Assembly: GCA_964016885.1 (NCBI GenBank)
Contig: OZ024741.1
Coordinates: 368,838,001-368,902,000, forward strand
Reading direction: 5' to 3'
DNA: 64,000 bases
Origin: Eledone cirrhosa
Taxonomy: Eukaryota
The stretch's first letter is position 1, and the number at the start of each line of letters is the position of its first letter. This document shows, piece by piece, positions 51,918 to 61,429 of this stretch. The notes under the pieces are model-generated. The model did no database searches and was not told the origin of the DNA. It saw nothing but the letters and a program-made list of their open reading frames with translations. The translations under genes were made by a program, and so were the position numbers.

Positions 51918-54900
51918 GACAGAACAAATGCACCTATTTATTGAAAATCTGACTTTTTATTGGTGAGTTGATCTAGCTTATTTATATAGGAAACAAGTAA
52001 GAAACAAAATACTGTCATTCAAAAATACATGCAGTAGTCTATAATTGCATAAAAAACCTTGAAGAGGATTACAGGACTAAAAGCTGATTTCACAGTTAAT
52101 CCTTTAATAGCTGAGTGAGTGAATGTTTATAAGTTCAGGGGACTTCAGCAAAGCATTATTAGTTCTTAGAGCTGACAACTATTATGACTGACTACTAACT
52201 AGCAAGAATACTCAGACTAATATAAAAGGATATAAAATACAATAGGATACCGAAATATAATTGTAATTGATAAAATGAAATGTAAATAAAAGTATTTTCA
52301 TTTCATTTCATTTTTTACGTCCGCTTTTTCCCTGCTTGCAAAGGTGGGACGGGAACTGATTCTGGCTTGATTTCTACAGCTGGATGCCCTTTCTAACACC
52401 AACCTCATTTACAGTGAGTGCTGGGTGTCTTTTTGCCGTGGCACCTCCACGACCACTTTGCAGTGGAATGATATGGACCCCAGTCTCTATCATCTCATTT
52501 CTACAGCTGAGTAAACTGGAGCAATGTGAAATAAAGTGTCTTGCTCAAGGAAACAACACATCACCCGGTCTGAGAATTGAACTCACAACCTTTCGATTGC
52601 AAGGCCAATGCTCTAACCACTAAAAGAGAAAATAAATATGCAATTTATTTTGTCAAAAATTCAATTCAAAAGGATTAAACAAAGATTAGCTTATCAAACA
52701 CTTTTTACTATTGATTGCAATTAAAAATCAAACTATATTTTAATAATGCTAGAAGTATGTTTGGAAAGCGACAAGCGTAGTTTAGAACTGAATAGAAGCT
52801 TCACTATAACACTGACTAAATAATATAGTCTATTAACACTTTAGCATTTAAACTAGCTGTATCCAACCAGAATTCTCTCATCTCTTTCTGTTCAAACCAG
52901 CCTAACTGGCCACTCATACTGATGTTAAGGTATTGTTCTCAAAATAAATAATATCAAAATCTCAGATTCGATATTATGTGAGATAAAGCCTTTACCTCAA
53001 AAATACAATAGTATATATAGAGTAATGTAAATGCTAAAGGGTTAATGAGGCATATAAACCATCTTTTTTTCTGTTCAGTGGGTTTGTATGTCCCATTATT
53101 AGACTATAGTATTTAGTCAATGTTACAGCGAAGCTTCTATTTCTATTTCAATTTTAATAATGCTATTTTTTTTTGCAGATAGAGTAAACTAACTTTTTCT
53201 TATTAATTTAAACTTTCTTATATTCATCATTTCCTTCCTAGCTGAGATTGACTTCCCTATGTTTTACAATTATCTTACTAGAATTACAACAAACCAGCAT
53301 GAAGACTTTCTGAAAAGAAAATCATGAAGTAAGGAACTAAGGAAAGTTTAGAGTTATCAGAAAATTGTTCATGGTGGCCAACACTTTTTAAAAGGTATTA
53401 AATCAAAAATAATTGGTAGAATGCTAGAACATGGATTTATCAACCTACTTGACTGGTATATATTTTATTGAACAGCAGGGTGAGAAGTCAAAATGACTAA
53501 AGTTAAAATTTAGAATATAAAGGAAAGTGATTAAATTCTGCAAGTCATATAGTCTGGTGCTCTATTGCCATCACAAATTCACCAAAATCCATCTCTGTTT
53601 CAATGAAACAAAACTACCCATTTTAAAGAGTCCCTATTTAAATTAAAATCATTCAACATATTTTGACATGAGAGCCTTTTGTTAAGATATGTCATGTTGC
53701 AAATATTATTATAGTAATGAAATAGTTAATAATGTTAGTAAATCCCTGCAAATTCTTCATTAATTGAAATACAGTGTAATTCATTAGAAAAGTTGTATAG
53801 TAATGTTTTTTTTTTCACATTAGACACAAAGCCTCAATTGGAAGCACGGAATAATTTTTAATCAGTACCACTATACACCTTATTGACGTCAAAGAGATGA
53901 AAAAAAGCCAAGAGCTCAAAATGTGCTCTCTTCTGATCTATCTATGTGGGCAGTAAATCTGAATAAAAACTAACTTGGACTGTAGTGACCTGTCTGACCC
54001 ATACCAGCATGAAAAGCAGATGTAAAATGATGATGATTATAGATGAATTTATTTATTTGTAAGCATTTAGTCCAGTATGCTGGCAGCCATTGTTGTGAAT
54101 ACCAGTAATAATGACTCCAGTTATTTGATTTTATATATTATATATATGATTTCTAACAATATAAATTATAAAACTTCTTCCTTAACCTACTAATGTCTAA
54201 AACAGTAGCTCTGTAATATAGTGATGTTGAAGACAGGAACTATTTAAAAGCTTGTGGTTCTATGTTCAAGAGAGGAATTATTTAAAAGTTTGTGTACATA
54301 TCTTGTATATATCTTGCAGAGGTTGGGGGGGGGGGTATCTTTAACTAAATTAGGTCAATGCATGCAAGGGTAAGTACTCAAACATCAGGCTTTATCAAGC
54401 ATAATATATTAGTCATTCCCCACTAGGTATTCAATTGGCTCTCTACAATCTCTGTGCTTATAGACCTACTTAATATAGATCCAACTGGGATTATCAACAA
54501 TGATTAAATATGAAGTTGTTTGATTTTAAAAAACATTGTTTAAACAGCATCTCAGCAAAATCGGTTAAGACAGATCATCATCATTATCATCATTTAAAGT
54601 CTATTTTCTATGCCTGCAAGGGCTATCACATTATGAAGTCAGACAGTTCAGGTGGCCATGTCTATCTAGCTTATGCTTTATTTTTGACTAGGTTTTCTAT
54701 GGATGGCTGCCATTCCTAACATTAACCACTTTACAGTGTGCATTGGGAGCTTTCATCATTGCACCAGCATGATCATCTTACAGAGTAAACTGGGTGCTTT
54801 TTGTGCACCAACATTACCACCATAAAGAGTAGACTGTATTTTTCATGGCACAAGTGAACTTGGTATTTTTTTTTTGTGACACCAGCACTACATAGAAACA

Positions 54901-55137
54901 GTATCTTAACATTTCATAGTCCTTATAAATAGCTATTGGTGATTAAATGTCAAACTATAACATTTATGAGAATAATTTTTACTAGGTTATTGACAGAAAA
55001 AAGGTTTTTATAATACTTACCACAAATTCTACAATTTCTTGAATTTGAAATCTAAGAATGATAGTCCAAATAAGGCCAAGAATAAGACGATGATTGCCAT
55101 CAACGATATCTTCAGCACCAATGTTTTCAAAGTGAAT
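7792..55137 (-). CDS. SPTBN5: Beta-heavy spectrin (karst/sma-1/SPTBN5-like), internal part of gene, 25 coding exons in window
   Basis: Phase-compatible chain of 25 GT-AG exons. It encodes the CH1 end ([29 protein letters not shown]), CH2 ([52 protein letters not shown]), spectrin repeats and an internal SH3, which is the invertebrate betaH-spectrin architecture. Start and stop are outside the window. Confidence 0.93.
7958..8084 (-). CDS. SPTBN5: betaH-spectrin exon: spectrin repeat
   Basis: [42 protein letters not shown]; 127 nt. Confidence 0.93.
8795..8854 (-). CDS. SPTBN5: betaH-spectrin exon
   Basis: [19 protein letters not shown]; 60 nt. Confidence 0.9.
9495..11610 (+). mobile_element. 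Degenerate, internally deleted RTE LINE (APE to 3' end)
   Basis: Relics of TFNVGTL, AYAPQSG, AGDFN, GSRNEKG, YLGD, YGHVM; ends AACCCATGCAAGCAT..(GAT)n. Confidence 0.8.
11694..11824 (-). CDS. SPTBN5: betaH-spectrin exon: spectrin repeat
   Basis: [44 protein letters not shown]; 131 nt. Confidence 0.92.
12752..12817 (-). CDS. SPTBN5: betaH-spectrin exon
   Basis: [22 protein letters not shown]; 66 nt, cag/gtaagt. Confidence 0.88.
13120..13326. mobile_element. piggyBac-type MITE
   Basis: TTAA-CCCTTTAGCATTTA...TAAATGCTAATGGG-TTAA terminal inverted repeats; same family at 38685, 47752, 52833, 57061. Confidence 0.8.
13538..14790 (+). mobile_element. 5'-truncated RTE LINE, PHD-bearing family
   Basis: [29 protein letters not shown] finger, SFCYLGD, LHWYGHV; frameshifts; starts at a (TA)n run. 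Confidence 0.9.
14810..15085 (+). mobile_element. SINE family A, 3' part
   Basis: GTGGAGGTGCCACGGCAAAAAAGCACCCAG..GTTAGGAAGGGCATCCAGCTGTAGAAATCAAGCC..GGACGTAAAA(GAT)n. Confidence 0.75.
16135..16221 (-). CDS. SPTBN5: betaH-spectrin exon: spectrin repeat
   Basis: [29 protein letters not shown]; 87 nt. Confidence 0.92.
17366..17463 (-). CDS. SPTBN5: betaH-spectrin exon: repeat resumes after SH3
   Basis: [33 protein letters not shown]; 98 nt. Confidence 0.92.
17760..18020 (-). mobile_element. RTE LINE 3' fragment
   Basis: Degenerate homology to the ERNE.SML.WMC.V / L.W.GH region of other RTE copies in the window. Confidence 0.6.
18126..18333 (-). CDS. SPTBN5: betaH-spectrin exon: SH3 C-half and linker
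   Basis: [38 protein letters not shown]...SPLHRTPS; 208 nt. Confidence 0.92.
19115..19309 (-). CDS. SPTBN5: betaH-spectrin exon: acidic linker and SH3 N-half
   Basis: [23 protein letters not shown]...[26 protein letters not shown]; 195 nt. Confidence 0.92.
19918..20237 (-). mobile_element. tRNA-derived SINE family A, near full length
   Basis: Inverted, near-identical counterpart of 20257-20600; (GAT)n tail. Confidence 0.9.
20257..20600 (+). mobile_element. tRNA-derived SINE family A, full length
   Basis: Pol III box A TGGCTTAGTGG (20266) and box B GTTCAATTC (20311); RTE-like 3' end CCCTTGCAAGCAGGGAAAAAGCGGACGTAAAA(TGA)n. Confidence 0.92.
20617..22788 (-). mobile_element. 5'-truncated RTE LINE, PHD-bearing family (best-preserved copy)
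   Basis: ORFs 22299-22748 and 20775-22295: [52 protein letters not shown]; 5' end abuts (TA)n. Confidence 0.93.
22880..23310 (-). mobile_element. Tc1/mariner transposase relic (C-terminal part plus probable TIR)
   Basis: HQDNAP and [22 protein letters not shown] motifs; CAGGGCTGGTTGAAAAGTTC end. Confidence 0.85.
23660..23995 (+). mobile_element. CR1/Jockey-type LINE 3' fragment
   Basis: [41 protein letters not shown], a typical CR1-type ORF2 tail. Confidence 0.65.
24036..24149 (-). CDS. SPTBN5: betaH-spectrin exon: spectrin repeat
   Basis: [38 protein letters not shown]; 114 nt. Confidence 0.92.
24630..26140. mobile_element. RTE LINE with inverted 5' segment (3' part on minus 24630-25285; RT N-part on plus 25290-26140)
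   Basis: Plus strand: [32 protein letters not shown]. Minus strand: [20 protein letters not shown]. Confidence 0.75.
26645..26890 (-). repeat. Three tandem copies (77-79 bp) of the SINE tRNA-like head
   Basis: ATAAAGT[A/G]TCTTGCTCAAGGA starts at 26652, 26731 and 26808. Confidence 0.8.
26934..27029 (-). CDS. SPTBN5: betaH-spectrin exon: spectrin repeat
   Basis: [32 protein letters not shown]; 96 nt. Confidence 0.94.
27341..30327. repeat. 90-bp tandem array (~33.5 units) derived from RTE LINE coding sequence
   Basis: Unit CATCTCACTCCATTTCTCTTCACAACATTCATCACTGGCTCTATTCCTCTCCCCCAGTTTCTTTCAGCTTTCCTCAACACATGACCTAGT; minus strand reads [17 protein letters not shown]. Confidence 0.97.
30594..30784 (-). 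mobile_element. tRNA-derived SINE family B
   Basis: Box B GAGTTCAAATCC and core GCCTTTCATCCTTACGGGGTCGATAAAAT; related copies at ~12600, 16330, 37895, 46500, 47185. Confidence 0.8.
30958..31161 (-). CDS. SPTBN5: betaH-spectrin exon: spectrin repeat
   Basis: [68 protein letters not shown]; 204 nt. Confidence 0.92.
31530..32540 (-). mobile_element. Degenerate RTE LINE 3' half (PHD family) with tandem-amplified 5' end
   Basis: [29 protein letters not shown], ending AACCCATGCAAGCATGGAAAA. Confidence 0.8.
32300..32538. repeat. Alternating 51/48-bp tandem repeat (5 units)
   Basis: AAAACTGCTTCCCTGATGAGATCA at 32306, 32357, 32405, 32456, 32504. Confidence 0.9.
32677..32854 (-). CDS. SPTBN5: betaH-spectrin exon: spectrin repeat
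   Basis: [59 protein letters not shown]; 178 nt. Confidence 0.92.
33591..33793 (-). CDS. SPTBN5: betaH-spectrin exon: spectrin repeat
   Basis: [67 protein letters not shown]; 203 nt. Confidence 0.9.
34143..34317 (-). repeat. Low-copy (~1.5 unit) relative of the 90-bp array with the same unique flank
   Basis: Same unit followed by CTCTATTCTCATCATTCTCTGCAATACATTGTCTTCTCTCTCAGACC, as at 30320-30367. Confidence 0.85.
34909..35047 (-). CDS. SPTBN5: betaH-spectrin exon: spectrin repeat
   Basis: [46 protein letters not shown]; 139 nt. Confidence 0.92.
35600..36405. mobile_element. BovB-like RTE LINE with inverted 5' segment (minus 35600-35893; plus 35888-36405)
   Basis: Minus strand: [29 protein letters not shown]. 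Plus strand: [24 protein letters not shown], (GAT)n tail. Confidence 0.8.
36470..36760 (+). mobile_element. CRE-clade (restriction-like endonuclease) retrotransposon 3' fragment
   Basis: [40 protein letters not shown], homologous to 59290-59760. Confidence 0.65.
37340..37805 (+). mobile_element. RTE LINE 5' fragment (leader plus APE start)
   Basis: [30 protein letters not shown] matches the GTWNV.TL APE N-terminal motif. Confidence 0.6.
38086..38168 (-). CDS. SPTBN5: betaH-spectrin exon: spectrin repeat
   Basis: [28 protein letters not shown]; 83 nt. Confidence 0.92.
38685..38894. mobile_element. piggyBac-type MITE
   Basis: TTAA-CCCTTTAGCATTTA...TAAATGCTAAAGGG-TTAA. Confidence 0.85.
39132..39464 (-). 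mobile_element. tRNA-derived SINE family A, full length
   Basis: Near-identical to the reverse complement of 20257-20600. Confidence 0.9.
39783..39914 (-). CDS. SPTBN5: betaH-spectrin exon: spectrin repeat
   Basis: [44 protein letters not shown]; 132 nt. Confidence 0.92.
42223..42265 (-). CDS. SPTBN5: betaH-spectrin small exon
   Basis: [14 protein letters not shown]; 43 nt, phases match both neighbours. Confidence 0.88.
42372..42783. repeat. 30-bp minisatellite (~13-14 units) filling most of a 566-nt intron
   Basis: Unit AACAGTGACAGATGTAGTGACAACTGGTTT. Confidence 0.95.
42832..43014 (-). CDS. SPTBN5: betaH-spectrin exon: spectrin repeat 1
   Basis: [61 protein letters not shown]; 183 nt. 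Confidence 0.94.
45435..45622 (-). CDS. SPTBN5: betaH-spectrin exon: spectrin repeat 1
   Basis: [63 protein letters not shown]; 188 nt. Confidence 0.93.
46040..46420 (+). mobile_element. L1/Tx1-type LINE RT fragment
   Basis: [35 protein letters not shown], a degenerate QGCPLSP..LEPL..YADD. Confidence 0.6.
46500..46900 (+). mobile_element. Two tandem copies of SINE family B
   Basis: CAGTATCGGTAGAG..TTCAAAT..GAGGTTAACTTTGCCTTT..ACGGGGTCGATAAAAT twice; (ATT)n tail. Confidence 0.8.
47553..47665 (-). CDS. SPTBN5: betaH-spectrin exon: CH2 end
   Basis: [38 protein letters not shown]; 113 nt. Confidence 0.95.
48035..48380 (-). mobile_element. RTE LINE 3' fragment (same family as 24630-25285)
   Basis: Shared CTTATTC..GAGAGG..AGTCCTCA.ACACCTTCCA end and AAACATGTCCAGCA-like segment. 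Confidence 0.65.
49350..49462 (-). CDS. SPTBN5: betaH-spectrin exon: CH2
   Basis: [37 protein letters not shown]; 113 nt. Confidence 0.93.
50534..50614 (-). CDS. SPTBN5: betaH-spectrin exon: CH2
   Basis: [27 protein letters not shown]; 81 nt, AG/GT flanks. Confidence 0.95.
51413..51489 (-). CDS. SPTBN5: betaH-spectrin exon: CH1-CH2 linker and CH2 start
   Basis: cag|[26 protein letters not shown]|gtaag; 77 nt. Confidence 0.95.
52298..52623 (-). mobile_element. tRNA-derived SINE family A
   Basis: Near-identical to the other family A copies. Confidence 0.9.
52833..53045. mobile_element. piggyBac-type MITE nested in a fold-back element
   Basis: TTAA-CACTTTAGCATTTA...TAAATGCTAAAGGG-TTAA. Confidence 0.8.
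55021..55137 (-). CDS. SPTBN5: betaH-spectrin exon (first in window): CH1 C-terminus
   Basis: cag|[39 protein letters not shown]|gtaagt; 117 nt. Confidence 0.95.
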
Positions 55138-55739
55138 CTGTAAAATATAAAAATAGTCACAATCAGAGAAATTAATTAGCTGTAATCTAATTAGAATTCA
55201 TATTGGATTTAAGTGTTGGACAGTTGACAACAAAAGTTGTGGATTTGAAACTTACTACCGTTGATGTATAGTATTACTTGAGTTTTAGTCAGCAACTGAT
55301 CAGAGATGAGGAAAGCTCATTTTTGGAATGCAGTTTTCTCTGTGGGATGAATATGAGGTCACCAAGAGAGATTGTCAAAGGTTGTGAAGCCTAGCATTTG
55401 TACCCGAGTGGGTTGATATGTATAAAGATTGTATTTTTTTGCTTTCGAAGATGACAAGATTGATATGTCCCCACTAGAAAATGGTTTTAACTCTTTCATT
55501 ACCATATTTCTAATGAGATATACTGTGATGCTTTCAAATTAATTTTGAAAATAATCATTTTTGAGGAATTTATTAAATGTTGCAAGCAGGTTGGTGTTTG
55601 GAATATATTTTAACAAAATGTTCTGATAAAAATATGATGGACAGTTTTAGTTTAAAATTGAGCATTTTAAAATGGGTAGTTATGTCATAGAACCAAAGAC
55701 AGTTTGGAGCAGGTTGGTATCTAAAGGTTTAAGTCCTTA

Positions 55740-56080
55740 TTTGTTTATATTGGCAATGTAGGTTTGACATGGGATGTCTACATTGTCTGTGGATAACACT
55801 TGTTTGCAAAAGGCGATGGATGAATGAAGGGTGGTATATACATAGGAGTGGACACTGTTGGAGTCTACACCAAGTAGACTATTAAGGTGCAAAGGGGACT
55901 GAGTGGGTGACAGTACCAAACCATGAGGCACTCCAGAATTGATAGCATGTTGGTCACAGAATTCCCTCAATGCATGCTGTGCTGGCATGAGCTGAAACGA
56001 AGAAGTTCCACAGTGAGAGAGGGATGGAGCCTCTAGGCAGTCATCTGAGCAAGGAAATTTGTATGCCAGACATGGTTAAA
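55740..56080 (-). mobile_element. CR1/L2/Jockey-type RT fragment
   Basis: AINSGVPHGLVLSPT..NSVHSYVYTTLHSS, a degenerate GVPQGSVLSP..YADD. Confidence 0.6.
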
Positions 56081-57060
56081 TGATTTTCTAATATATACAA
56101 TAATGCTATTGCTAAATTTCTCAAGGATGAATGTCCACTGGTGAGTGAGAGCAGAGAGCAGGAGAAGCCTTATTAGTGGTTATTGAGGATTAAGAGGCAT
56201 TCAAGATCTTAGAGAATGTGGTTGTTAATAGTTTCCATCACCTTTAATTTGATTAAACTTTATGCTTCTACTTTATCAACATTTGATTACAGTATTTAAT
56301 AAGTTTGTTAAACATTCAACATATTATATACAACAGCTTATGCACCAGTATTTTAACCTGAATGCTAGGAAATTTACATTTGATATTTCCCACTCCACCC
56401 CCAGAGAAAGGTAATGGAGTGGTAGAAAAATAGTAGTGATTTAAATGCCCTATAGTTTTTAGTTATATAACTTTAAGTTCTAATTTCAAACTCAACAGGA
56501 TTAAGTTGGCTTTTCATTATTCTGAGGTTATTGCCAAGCCCCAGGTCAGCCTTGATCTTATATACCTATGGTCAAAGATGTTTTAGTTTTGACAATCTCA
56601 ATATATCTAAAATCACAATATTCTACACAACCTTCCTATTTTAAGATAGTAGGAATGAGGGAAATCTCACTGCTTTTTCCAGCAAGTCAAGTGACCAGAC
56701 AAAGGCTCTCTTGTCAACTTGTTTCTCTGGGGTTGGTAATATATGATCTAATTATGTACTGGATTGCTTTCAATCGGTTATAAATTGATGGCCAAAGATA
56801 GAAATTAATATTAACCTGGAACTAACAACATCACAAGTTTGATTTAACATTTCACAATGGTTTCTAATCTTAGAAAATGGGCAGCAATCTGGACAGAAAA
56901 GGAAAGTTAGTTATATGGACTTCAGTACTTTATTATATTGACCCTGAAAGGATGAAAGCCAAAGTTGTCCTCAGCAGGATTTGAATTCAAAATGTAAAGA
57001 GCAAAAACAAATTGGACAATAATATCCTTAAATTGAATAATAAAAATAAAATATCAATAT

Positions 57061-57242
57061 TTAGCCCTTTAACATTTACATTACTCAATATTTACTATTT
57101 CACATAATATCGAATCTATGACATTTTGATATTTATTTTGAGAACAATACCTTAACGTCAGTATGAGAAGCCAGTTACAGCTGGTTTGAACAGAAAGAGG
57201 AGAGAATTCTGGCTGCATATGGTTTGAATGCTAAAGGGTTAA
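57061..57242. mobile_element. piggyBac-type MITE (degenerate)
   Basis: CCCTTTAACATTTA...AATGCTAAAGGG-TTAA; body matches the 38685 copy. Confidence 0.7.
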
Positions 57243-57540
57243 GGATAGTATAATCTTTCTGATTGATCCTATTCAATAAATCATGTATATCTGAGTTGTT
57301 TTATCTAAACAAAACAAAAGACTATCTTCCTGAAAACTTTGTATTGCCTCCATTATGAAATTTGAGAAACAATCAGTAATTTCTTAAATGGGTTCTCAGA
57401 TCTATTGAGAGTGGAAGAACTGAGAATATTTGGGGTATTGCTGAAAAGCAAGCATATAAAGAAGGAGCTAAATGACAATGTTATAAACTGAAGTATTTTT
57501 TTTATAAATTGTACACACACATACGCTGCAAGATGTTTAT

Positions 57541-57575
<35 letters not shown>

Positions 57576-58457
57576 TGTGTTTACTGTTTGCTTATGTCGT
57601 GTAACTTAAGCAGTTCAACAAAAAGGAGATTGATAAAATAAGTACCAAACTCAAATATTACAAATGATGGGTTCGATAAGATCGACTAAATCAAGAAAGT
57701 GCTCCAGCATGATCATTGTCTAATGATGGAAACCAGTAAAAAAAATAAAAATGTATGCTAATCTTTCATATTCTCCCCAAGGATAAAACAGAGTAGAATA
57801 GATAAGCAGTAAATAATAGTTTTATGGAGCTGTGGTGGTGTCTTGTGAAAGAATGCAATCTATTGGTTTTGTAAATAGCAGCCTTTGTGCTAACAATCTA
57901 GCTTTGATGTCTGTTAGTAACTGTCTACTTACCACCTTCCTTCCATGGACCGTCAATGTCAACAAGTGCCCCACTTGATCAATCAATAGAACAGCCTGCT
58001 CATGAAATTAACATGTAAATGGTTGAGCATTCCTCAAACACATGTGTACTCTTAATGTAATTCTCAAGGAGATTCTGTTTGACACAGTGTGTGACAATAT
58101 AAGTTCTTTGAATTACAAACACAGAATATCTGGCAAGCTTCCAAACCTAATGGTTGTGAAGTAAACCTTTTAACCATTCAGCAATGCTGCGTCTATGCCC
58201 TTACCTAAGTTTGCCATATAAATCCTCATACTATTTAATCTCTACTATTTAAACACTGACATCCATGAATGTTCTGCTAGCAATAATTCTATTCAATATG
58301 ACTGTACTTTAATATTCTAAGAGAGTCCATCCCTCACTGCCAATATTATGAAATAACTGCTTGTATATATGTAATTGTCATAGGAAGGAAAGAGTTGTAA
58401 AATCTGTAGTCTTAGATAATGCTTCTGCTGGGTAAATTCAATAATATACAGTTATGA

Positions 58458-59133
58458 CTACTGTCCTGCTCTCCTGAGAGTTTCTTACCACCCAGTTGTG
58501 ATTGTATATACCACTGCTGTCCTGCTCTCCTGAGAGTTTCTTACCACCCAGTTGTGATTGTATATACCACTGCTGTCCTGCTCTCTCAAGAGTTTCTTAC
58601 CACCCAGTTGTGATTGTATATACCACTGCTGTCCTGCTCTGAGAGTTTCTTACCACCCAGTTGTGATTGTATATACCACTGCTGTCCTGCTCTCTCTCGA
58701 GAGTTTCTTACCACCCAGTTGTGATTGTATATACCACTGCTGTCCTGCTCTCCTGAGAGTTTCTTACCACCCAGTTGTGATTGTATATACCACTGCTGTC
58801 CTCTCTCGAGAGTTTCTTACCACCCAGTTGTGATTGTATATACCACTGCTGTCCTGCTCTCTCGAGAGTTTCTTACCACCCAGTTGTGATTGTATATACC
58901 ACTGCTGTCCTGCTCTCTCGAGAGTTTCTTACCACCCAGTTGTGATTGTATATACCACTGCTGTCCTGCTCTCCTGAGAGTTTCTTACCACCCAGTTGTG
59001 ATTGTATATACCACTGCTGTCCTGCTCTCCTGAGAGTTTCTTACCACCCAGTTGTGATTGTATATACCACTGCTGTCCTGCTCTCCTGAGAGTTGTTTTT
59101 TTTACCAGCCAGTTATGATTGTGTATATACCAC
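58458..59133. repeat. ~56-bp minisatellite (~12 units)
   Basis: Unit CTGCTGTCCTGCTCTCCTGAGAGTTTCTTACCACCCAGTTGTGATTGTATATACCA. Confidence 0.95.
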
Positions 59134-59274
59134 AGTTAATAATGGTTCAAAACTATATTTAGAGAACAGCCATCAGATATAAATATTTGTAGATCTTGAT
59201 TGTCATTCTAATACTGAAGACGACATTATATATATAGATATCAGCTTCTACTACAACGTAATATAATATCAGTA

Positions 59275-59760
59275 TACAACAACTACAACGGTACGCGATG
59301 GGGCCCACCCACAGCCCCGGCAGACAGAATGGAGAAGGCGTATCCCCGGAGGACGGCAAGGGAGACACACTGGAAAAGCCACTCCAACTCGCGGGGGCTC
59401 ACACCTGCGGCTGGCCAGCTCAGCGTCTATGGTGGTGAGTAAGGAGGTAGCCCTGGGGCCGAGGACATCAGAAGTCTCCACTGCCAGGGTTACGACCGCA
59501 ATCCTGTCAGAGAGCGACCGGTATTTGAGGAGTTTGGCCCCCTCAGCTCGACGTGCAGCAGAACCTGGGTCAGTCGCATACTGCATCAGGTTGCGGCTAC
59601 AGAAAGTGTTGGAGCAAGTGGCATCCCAGACGAGGAGTTTGCCACCACGGAACGGGAAGATGGTCAGGCCATCTGGCCTTTTGCCGTCACTTCGATCCAG
59701 CCCCACTAGCTCGAGCTGAGAAGGGAAGCCTGCAGCGTTCAAGCCATGCTTAATGACCTC
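59275..59760 (-). mobile_element. CRE-clade non-LTR retrotransposon, 5'-truncated, restriction-like endonuclease domain
   Basis: GC-rich island; GLDRSDGKRPDGLTIFPFRGGKLLVWDATC..AARRAEGAKLLKY..LAVETS (PD..D..K..KY RLE motif). Confidence 0.85.
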
Positions 59761-61016
59761 AAAACTTGTTTTTACAAAGTTTTTTTTCAATATATTTAAC
59801 TTTATTTACTGTATATAAATCTTGTCAGTGTAAATGTGTGGCCAAGTGGTTAGGGCATTGTGATCATGATCATAAGATTAAGGGCTAGATTCTTGATCTA
59901 GGTAGTACATGTTCTTGGGCAAGATGCTTCATTTTAAGACTAGAGCTGCTATCATTAAAAGACCTGAGAAATCTTGTATGAAATACCTCATAGGAAACCA
60001 GCGAAACCTGTATAAATGTGAGCTGTGAATTTCATTTTTTTTTTCTTGCTTCAAGAAGTTATAGGAGGTAGAATTGAACTCAGAATGGAAAGAACTGGAA
60101 CAGATATTGCAAAACATTTCAACTGACTATACCCACTATCTGAATTGTATATATTTTCAAAAACATTTGTTGGTTTTTAGAGTTATTTTCCTGGTTTTTA
60201 GATTTTAAACACCCCTACAGTAAATGTTTAATACTTGCAAGGATTATCTTCATTAATCTATGTTTTCAGTTTAGTATATTACATACATGAGACCTTACCT
60301 CATAAGTAGATATTACACTTCACTAATGTTCTTCAGAAAGGCAGGAATATTAATCAATCATATTTTTTATTCCTTTTAGATCAGCAGCATTGTGGAAATG
60401 TAGAGAATGAGTGAGTGAAAGTGTGAGGAAGAGGCTAACAGAGAGAGTGACTGGTAGAGGGGAATACCAATGAATGTTGGAAGATCACTGATGAAGGACT
60501 AAATTTATTCATATGTAACCCATTTGCAACCACGCAGAATGCCATGTTTTCATATTTTTCATATATATTTTCCTCCGCTATGACCCGTCTGTTTCTTTCT
60601 TACTGCTTCCCCTTTTCTCTGTATCTCACTTCCTTTTACCCCCTCTACCAGTCACTCTCTCTGTTAGCCTCTTCCTTACACTTTCACTCACTCACTCTGC
60701 TACTCCCTCCTACTTCCTCCCATTTGACCTGTGCAAGATTCTTTCCTCACTCACACTTCGACCAGGTCGGATGGTCTTTATTCTCTCTCTTCCACGATTT
60801 CACAGAACTTATGTTCATCGATTTCAGGGACTTGACTCCTTCCTCACTTTTCGTTGCATTACCATCTTTGTTTGTTTACTATCTTGCTTGTTCCCCCTAT
60901 TTACATGTCCCAACGACTTTCTTTAGCCGTTGCTCGCACCAACCAGAGGTATATGGTCTTTAAAGCGATGAAATACCAATGAAGGTTGGAAGATCATTGA
61001 TGAAGGACTAAATTTA

Positions 61017-61077
<61 letters not shown>

Positions 61078-61429
61078 GTCTCAATTTAATTTGATGAAAT
61101 CAAATGAAATCAATTTCTGACAATATTTCTAACAAAATCAAGTTTTTTTGAATTGCAGTAAAAATCTAAAATGAGATTACCAAATATGGTGAAATCCAAA
61201 ACATTCTGTTATAACAGACAATCAAGCAAACACACTGTCTAATCCTCAGACAAGTAAAATCTACAATTCTATTAAATAGATCAGTATCACTGACAACTAA
61301 TTCAAAAGTAGAACAGTTCAGGTTTCATAGGTTGAGCTCTTGTCTAACATTTACAACAGATTACTATGTACGAAATTACCATAACAGACACACTAATTGT
61401 TAGGTATAAACTTCAAACAGCACCTCTAC

